Of a stretch of 64,000 bases of DNA, positions 26,438 through 64,000 are shown piece after piece (the stretch's first letter is position 1; every line of letters starts with the position of its first letter). The notes under the pieces were generated by a model that did no database searches, had not been told where the DNA came from, and was given only the letters and a program-made list of their open reading frames with translations. Source of the stretch: Octopus bimaculoides (taxonomy: Eukaryota); contig NC_068981.1 of the NCBI RefSeq assembly GCF_001194135.2, positions 95,326,501 through 95,390,500 of the forward strand. Direction: 5' to 3'. The position numbers were made by a program, and so were the translations under genes.

Positions 26438-27870
26438 ATTTTAAGACATATTTAGTAGACAGTGTTAAAACGATATTTCTCAGTAGCTTATTTCAGTTAT
26501 TACTTGCAGAATATTTTAAACAATTTTTGAAGGCATAAAAAAAGCCTTTGCATTGCTTTTATTCTCAGATTACTAAAATTAAAAACAAAACAAAACAAAA
26601 AACACAAGCAAACAAAAAACAACAACAAAAAACAAAAGTGAGCAGAATTGGTTTTAATTTTAAACACGTTTGATAATGCATGGTATAATTATGTATGTGA
26701 GGATGTGTAAATTTACATATAGATAAGTGTGTGTGTGTGCGTGTGTGTTTATGTTAGTTTGTTGCATTGATGATGGTAAATATTGTTTTGAAAAATAAGG
26801 ACAGTTACAAGGACCTAAATACGAGGTGTAAACCATTGTCTCTTAGAATTTACATTTTTTCACATTCATTACACATTTACAAAGATGAAAAAGTATATAC
26901 ATTGGTTCCCAACGAAAAGATGGGGGTTTATATAGCAACACCAATCCAAGTATGCTTATATAGAGTACTTGAAAATAATTTATATGGTTCAGTGATGAAA
27001 TTGATAATATATATTGTTGGAATCATTAAATGTATTTCAGAATTGTTTCGGTATAATTCTTAAAAGCTTTTTTGATTATCAAATGTTAAAACAGCACCCG
27101 TTATAGCCTTACAATAACTACTTTAGTATTACTGTAACTGATATACTATTACTGCTGTGATATCACCATTTTATATCATTACAATAACTTCTATATCTTT
27201 ACAATTTCTTATAAAACTACTCTTCAGGAAGTAATAAAAATATTACAGAAAACAGTATTTTTTACATTAGTTCTTATGTAACCATAACGGCAACTATATT
27301 GTTGTGACATAAACTATTTCCTTACATTGACAGTTATATCTTTTCAATAAATATTGTTACAATGAATATAATCTCACCGCAACTACTACCATATCAATTT
27401 TCAAAATGTGAGTTTGTTACAACGGCTGTCACATCGTTAAAATGATTGTCATATCATTGCTATGGTTCTTATGTTACAGAATTCATCATTTCTTCACATT
27501 TACTGTCGTTATGTAACAGTCTTACATCGATCTTCATGCTTAAATAACTGTACAATTCTTATATCGAGCTAAGACTACGGCAGTACTGTTACATCAATCG
27601 TCACAATTACAGCAATTGTAATATCTGTTGTATTTTCAAATGTCTTGATTTTGCAGCAGTTTTTTATATTATAACAATCATTAGCCGTTATATCGTTATA
27701 TCTACATCTACATTATATCTACATATGATTAAAGCTCTGTTGCCCCACGTATATCTTAAATAATTTATTGTTAAAAAAATGCAACAGCAGGACAATTAAA
27801 ACCTGTTATTTTATATTCTAACATAAATTATAAGTTTACTTGATCAGAGATGACCTATTTGAAATGGAAA

Positions 27871-27876
27871 TTTATT
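27871..27876 (-). promoter_or_regulatory. Candidate polyadenylation signal of the chitinase mRNA
   Basis: AATAAA on the minus strand about 130 nt after the stop codon; a second copy lies at 27764-27769. Confidence 0.4.
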
Positions 27877-28003
27877 CAGTACATGAACCTGGTGTAAAGC
27901 AATGTGAGCATTCTTTTAACAAATACTACAAAAGAAACATAGACTTGGATTGATGTGTAACAAAGTTTGTACAGTAAATATTACAGTAAACAGAATAACG
28001 GCA

Positions 28004-57565
<29,562 letters not shown>

Positions 57566-58177
57566 GTTTTAGCGTTAATATAACACTATCTGGGAGTTAA
57601 AATTGCTTCCGAGTCTTTTGATCCGATACAAGAAATGGGCAAAAATTGGTTATCAGCTGAGAAGGCTAACAAACCAAGCTAATCCCAACGAAAGTGAAGT
57701 GCTGTGTGACAGTCTTGTTTTCAATGACGACGTAAGCGCTCTCACTGACGACGAAAATGTGACTGATTTTCCAAAATCTAATGGTCTTTAATAACCATTG
57801 TCGGGTGGGCATGTATGGGTGTGGAGATGTCAATACTGATCGTAATGTTTGGCAAGCGGGTGTTGTATGTCTTGAATCTTTTGATTGAAGAACGCCTCTA
57901 TTGATTAGGTTGAACAATATTGTGGCTCACTTGGGTCAAGAGAACTGGTAAATCGGGTTCTCTTCGTTGTTAAAAACACGAGGAAGAAGAAGAAGAAAAA
58001 GAAAAAGAGCGGGAGAGTCTTCATACATAATGCTCTGGTATACATATATGCATATTCAAGTGCCTTTGTAACCTCTGTTCTTTGTCTATTCGTAATGTTC
58101 TGAATTTGTTTTGATTAGGAAATAGACGGGAAGAATATTTGTGGCATTTTTCTGTAGTCACATTACACACACACACA

Positions 58178-58215
<38 letters not shown>

Positions 58216-58473
58216 TGTATGTATGTGTTGTTTGTGGTGAGTATAGTCATGTGAGGTTCTAACCATTCTATTGATAAATCAATATATCAAAAGAAAAACA
58301 AATCAAATAAATAATAATGAAAAAAAAAGTAAAGCAGAAAGGATTAACAAAGACTTGTACTTGAAACGTTTCTTAAATGACGCCTGGATTGTATAACTAC
58401 CTCTCTCTCTCTCTTTCCCCCCTCTCTCTCTTTCCCTCCTCTCTCTTACTACACACAGACACGCGCGCGCATG

Positions 58474-58505
<32 letters not shown>

Positions 58506-58584
58506 TCAATAGCATGAGTGAAAATTTCAACTTTCTTTTCAACCAAATAAATCCGTTCCACACCCACCAAAAAAATTGCACTTC

Positions 58585-58623
58585 AGAGAGAAAGAGAGTG
58601 AATAAGAGAGAGGGAGAGAGAGA

Positions 58624-58707
<84 letters not shown>
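58585..58707 (+). repeat. (GA)n microsatellite
   Basis: Direct inspection. Confidence 0.95.
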
Positions 58708-58708
<1 letters not shown>

Positions 58709-59124
58709 CATCTGTTTTCGCGCGCTCTGATATTTCCCACTCAATTGGATTGTATTCACATCTATAGAAATATGTGATAAGTCCTAATTTCCAAGACGGG
58801 CAATCGCTTTCGGCCTTCCACATATCAAAGTATCACCGTCATTTCCAGTATCATAAAGGTTATCAGTCACTGCTTCCATGACTCTAATCTCAATTTCTCT
58901 GTCATTTCTCACTGACAATCATTACAATTTCCGAATATCCAGATCTAGATTTGCACGTATATCTGTTGTTCATACATGCTCTTTCGGAAAGTATTGTTGC
59001 TTTCCTTGAAGTAAAACCTTCGACCGTGCCCATGAGTTAAGTTGCCACGGACTGACCCCCATCCGTCTTACATCTCATTATTAAATTTCTTGTCTGGTCA
59101 CTCTATTGACAATCCATATCCGAC

Positions 59125-59210
59125 CTATCTTCTATGAGCTTGGTGTATACCAAGGTTTGATTATGTCTCCAGTACTTTTCTTTCTATATGTTAATGACCT
59201 TCGTTCTTTT
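59125..59210 (+). mobile_element. Degenerate CR1/L2-type reverse transcriptase fragment
   Basis: GVYQGLIMSPVLFFLYVNDL (ORF 59106..59330) resembles the non-LTR RT motif GVPQGSVLSPxLFxLYINDL. Confidence 0.55.
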
Positions 59211-60196
59211 ACATTTCGCACTCAGGCGTCACTCATACGCAACCTTGTATGCCTTATGCCTAACCTGAATAAAGACATCCAAATAATATTCCCTGAGAAT
59301 ATGGCATTTTTTTCTTCTTTGCTATTATAACGACGCAATCGCTAAACATATCAAGCAGAAGAATTTTGCAAAACTACCTCCCTATACATGAACAACAATC
59401 AAAGCCGCTCGTTATAAATACAAGCCGTTATATCTGAATATGTTTCACGGTGATATCATTGCCAAACTTTTACTCCAAATATTAAAACTTCTACTTTATG
59501 ATAGAAAATACCTTATCCTTAATCAGTTACTGAACTTAACATCCAAAAGAAAGCATTTAGCCGATTGACAAAATTCATTCACCGACATTCTATACCAACT
59601 GGTTCAAAAATGTACTGTTGCTTTCTCTGATAATGTTTGTACTAATAGTTAACCAGTCCTTTCGATGCATCTGTCTCCTCAATTTCCAGTCATCCCTAAT
59701 GTATCTCATTACTCGGGTTCCGCAATACACACTTTCCTCCCTCTCCAGAACTCTGAAATCCCCATCTTACCTGTAAAGGTTTTTCCTGAAGATGATAATA
59801 TGGATCAATCACATTAATGTATTAGCCTAAAACGGTCTACAAAGGGTTTAGCTGCTACCCCTTTCTCAAAATTCCCTTAATGTCAGATTTATGTTTTAAG
59901 TTGGAAAGTGTTAACGTACTTACAGGATGTTAGAGGTCTCTATTAAATCAATGATACTAAACACAATTCTAGGTACCAATTTCTGGATTTGGAGAAAGTT
60001 GCGTTCTTTAATATCATAATGGTATGTTGGTGTATCTGCAATGTTGTTCATAGAAAGAAGCTTTCCAGCTCATATTCTTAAATAGATATTGAGATTTTTT
60101 CACTAGATTTCTTATGCAGTGCTTAATGGTAAAGGTCAGAACATGCTTACTTGAACAGCGCAGCTTGTATAAATCCTTAATCATGTATGTATGTAC

Positions 60197-60227
<31 letters not shown>

Positions 60228-60240
60228 TGTATGTATGTAT

Positions 60241-60550
60241 GCACCTCAGTAGTTAGAGCGTCGGGCTCACAATCATGAGGTAGTGAGTTCGATTCCCTGA
60301 CTAGGTATGTGTTGTGCTCTTGAGCAAGACACTTTATTTCACGTTATTCCAGTTCACTCAGCTGTAAAAATGAGTTGCGACGTTACTTGTGCCAAACTGT
60401 ATCCCTTTCCCTTGGATAACATCGGTGGCGGGGAGGCTGCTATGCATGGACGACTGCTGGTCTTCCATAAACAATCTTGCCCAGTCTGGCACATTGGAAG
60501 GGAACTTACTAGGTGCAAATCCCATAGTCATTCATGACCGAAGGGGTCTA
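60241..60550 (+). mobile_element. tRNA-derived SINE, family C
   Basis: Head ctcagtagttagagcgtcgggctcacaatcatgaggtagtgagttcgattccc followed by gctcttgagcaagacacttt. Related diverged heads are at 31689-31810 (+) and about 44040-44130 (-). Confidence 0.7.
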
Positions 60551-60791
60551 TTTATACACACACATATATACACATACATACATATATATATATATACAAA
60601 CATACATACATACATACATACATACATACACACACATTTATATATGTATGTATTTATGTATTTGAGAAACAAGGTTAAGCACAAGTTTATTTTATAGTTT
60701 TAGGCAAGTTTCGCCATGTTTGGAGCCTTGTAATAGGTGTTTCAAAAGCATTTGAACGGATCATTAGGGAAAACTTTATTGCATAAGTAAG

Positions 60792-60858
<67 letters not shown>

Positions 60859-62461
60859 TGTGTGAGTGCGCGCGCGCGCGTATCAAAGCTACTAAAAAAG
60901 CAGCAAAACCCAAGGGAAGTTTGCAGTTAATATTATTAGGTGAAGCTTAAGGAAGGAAGAAAAGTTATAGAGTAATAATCTAACGCTTCGGACATTACCC
61001 TTCGTCGGATACTGGAGCTAAGTCCATGACAGACCAGGAAAGGAAGGAAGGCGGTAAAGAGATAAAAAAGAGAGCCAAGAAAAACGCATGTGGGTTAGGT
61101 TCACATGTTCGATCTCTGTTTAACAGCAAATGTGATAGATGATTATTTTAAAATAGCAAGATACACAGATTGCATTCATATACATACATATATATGTGTA
61201 AATAAATAAATAGATAAATAAATACACAATAGATAAATAAATACACACACATGTGTGTGAATGCGTGTTTTATTTGAGTTGCAACGTAGAGGTTTGGAGG
61301 TACCCTTTTCTCTTTTATTGATCAAGTGTTTAGTAGCCGTCACTTGTTCTGGCTTGTATGTATGCATATATGTTTGCATATATTTATATGTATTTATTCT
61401 TCAAGGATATATTTTAAAGAGACATTGGTTATGTATACGCAAGCGAATTATGTGATTGGTCGGCTGTCACCTGTTGCAAACATTTAATGATTCAGTAGTA
61501 ACAACTACAAGAACAATCAACTGCAACAACAACAACAATCAACTGCAACAAAAACACTCATGTAGGAAGGAGAATGATGTCACAAAACAAACATGTTTTC
61601 TTATCTCAATTTTTAAACAACCATAGGAAGAATCGAAAAATTATATCATAACAAATGTTTTCAAAAGTCTATGCAAATAATAGCCAAGCTGTTTACTCTT
61701 TCTGTGCGTGTAAAATTTGTGCAATTGGATCAATTCATATCTTTTACACTATAGTACTAATGTTTGTTTTTCAATAACAAACTTTAAAAAATCTTAAAAG
61801 TGCATTTACATTTTATTATTTGTTACTTAATTAGTTATTTTTTTGATAATCTGTAGGAGGAAGTATATTTTAGACAGACAGACAGTTTTCGGTAACGGCA
61901 GCTTTGCAAGGAACTAGGTTTGGTCTTTTAATTCAACATAATGCATTTAATTGAGTAACAGGTTGGGTCCATAGACAACTTAGAGCATCAAGCTTCTCAT
62001 GTTAAGCATTTGTTGCTGTTGTTGCTGTTGTTGTTGATGATGATGATGATGATGATGAAGCTGATGTTGCCGATCCCAAGCCAACTCTGATCAACATACT
62101 TATGAAGATATCCTGACATTTTTGCACATCTAAGACTTCATAGTCCCATGTTTGTAAAACATTGAGTTTTGATTTGAGGAAGATTCGGCTGGTATTTTTA
62201 GTTAGTCGAACAAGTCCGTAAATGCTCCCTTGTTGACACGTTATGCCATGACGAGAAATTACTGAAGGGGCCCTACGATATCCAATCTTTCCTCATGCCG
62301 ATCATTCAGAATATAACTTTTCCAAAGCTGCATTTCAAAGACTGGGCTTCCTCTTTATATCCAGAAATACGAGCGCTTAATAACATCCATTTGTACATTC
62401 AACAATATAATACCCCTGCAGTTTCTTCAGGGTCTTCACTTTAATATCCTTTGATATTACT

Positions 62462-62528
<67 letters not shown>

Positions 62529-62876
62529 NNNNNNNNNNNNNNNNNNNNNNNNNNNNNNNNNNNNNNNNNNNNNNNNNNNNNNNNNNNNNNNNNNNNNNNN
62601 NNNNNNNNNNNNNNNNNNNNNNNNNNNNNNNNNNNNNNNNNNNNNNNNNNNNNNNNNNNNNNNNNNNNNNNNNNNNNNNNNNNNNNNNNNNNNNNNNNNN
62701 NNNNNNNNNNNNNNNNNNNNNNNNNNNNNNNNNNNNNNNNNNNNNNNNNNNNNNNNNNNNNNNNNNNNNNNNNNNNNNNNNNNNNNNNNNNNNNNNNNNN
62801 NNNNNNNNNNNNNNNNNNNNNNNNNNNNNNNNNNNNNNNNNNNNNNNNNNNNNNNNNNNNNNNNNNNNNNNNNNNN

Positions 62877-62917
<41 letters not shown>

Positions 62918-62974
62918 GTATGTATATGTGTGAGTGTGCGTGTGTGTGTGTGGGGTGTGCGCGTCTGTATTTGT

Positions 62975-63153
62975 CGTTTGACAGCTGATGTTGGTGTGTT
63001 TATGTCCCCGTAACTTAGCGGTTCGGAAAAAGAGCCGATAGAATAAGTACTAGGGTTACAAAGAATAAGTTTTGGGGTCGATTTGTTCGACTAAAGGCGG
63101 TGCTCCAGCATGGCCGCAGTCAAATGACTGAAACAAATAAAAGAATAAAAGAA
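62975..63153 (+). mobile_element. SINE family B 3' half
   Basis: Follows (TG)n; ends gactgaaacaaataaaagaataaaagaata. Confidence 0.8.
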
Positions 63154-63873
63154 TATATATATTTATGTATGTAAGGATGGATGGATGGAGGATGTAATTA
63201 TATAAATATGCATACACACGCGCATATACTGGCTAACTTCTAGTTTACTTTATATTTTATGCATACATATATACTAGTAAAGTATAGTGCTACAAGTTTC
63301 ACTTTGTTTCTTTTAAACATAACCCTAACCACCAGTAATTTCTCCATAACATTTTAAATCGCCCTTTATTACACGAATTAAATACTCATTTTACCGCCGC
63401 CGCCGCCGCCGCCGCTAACTGCCACCACCACCACCACCACCATTAAACTCCCTTCTTTCGCCTCTAGCTAATAGAAATCAACCACCAGTATATTCATTCT
63501 ATCGACACCCTGCCAGATGATAGCGAAAACATTTATATATTTTGTAATCTGTTCGAATTATTTCTGAAAAAGTCTGAAATGTTACGTAATAATAGCAGAC
63601 ACATTGTTATAGACACGATCTCGCTACATAGAACGTGTTTCCGACACCTTTCAGTTTTATTTTAAACTTCATTTTCTTATTTTCTACTAAAAACTAGACA
63701 TGTTTACTCTTTATACAGTTTACTTAGGTTCAGTATGTATGTATGTATGTATGTATGTATGTATGTATGTATGTATGTATGTGAGCATGCATGTATGTAT
63801 GTATGTATGTATGTATGTATGTATGTATGTATGTATGTATGCATGCATGTATGTACGGTGTACGTACATATAC

Positions 63874-64000
63874 TCTTTTACTCTTTTACTTGTTTCAGTC
63901 ATTTGACTGCGGCCATGCTGGAGCACCGCCTTTAGTCGAGTAAATCGACCCCAGGACTTATTCTTTGTAAGCCTAGTACTTATTGTATCGTTCTCGTTTT
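63874..64000 (-). mobile_element. SINE family B 3' end (runs off the window)
   Basis: tcttttacttgtttcagtcatttgactgcggccatgctggagcaccgcc. Confidence 0.8.

Noticed and set aside
1-27000. A second chitinase paralogue downstream
   Set aside because: No further GH18 or CBM14 motifs were found by eye on either strand.
60795-60881. (TG)n followed by (CG)n, Z-DNA-prone, about 3.2 kb upstream of the start codon
   Set aside because: Such arrays are common in this sequence and nothing links this one to regulation.

Overview
AT-rich, microsatellite-dense animal genomic DNA with about nine assembly gaps. The SINE and LINE families and the (AAT)n/(CA)n/(TACA)n load point to a coleoid cephalopod, probably Octopus (inference, not a database result). 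One complete protein-coding gene can be reconstructed: an 11-coding-exon secreted GH18 chitinase on the minus strand (CDS 57565 to 28004, 1416 nt, 471 aa, all GT-AG introns with consistent phases). It has a signal peptide, an intact DxxDxDxE catalytic motif, a Pro/Thr linker and a C-terminal CBM14 chitin-binding domain. The rest is intron or intergenic DNA filled with tRNA-derived SINEs, (AAT)n-associated R4/Dong-type RLE LINE fragments, RTE and CR1/L2 relics, a hAT MITE with a perfect 8-bp TSD, and a 3.05-kb long-TIR (MULE/Foldback-like) composite element. The best leads are the long-TIR element, an inverted repeat pair bracketing the linker exon (skipping it would give a CBM14-less chitinase), a pre-miRNA-like hairpin and hammerhead-like remnants. 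No clearly new biological system can be proven from the sequence alone.
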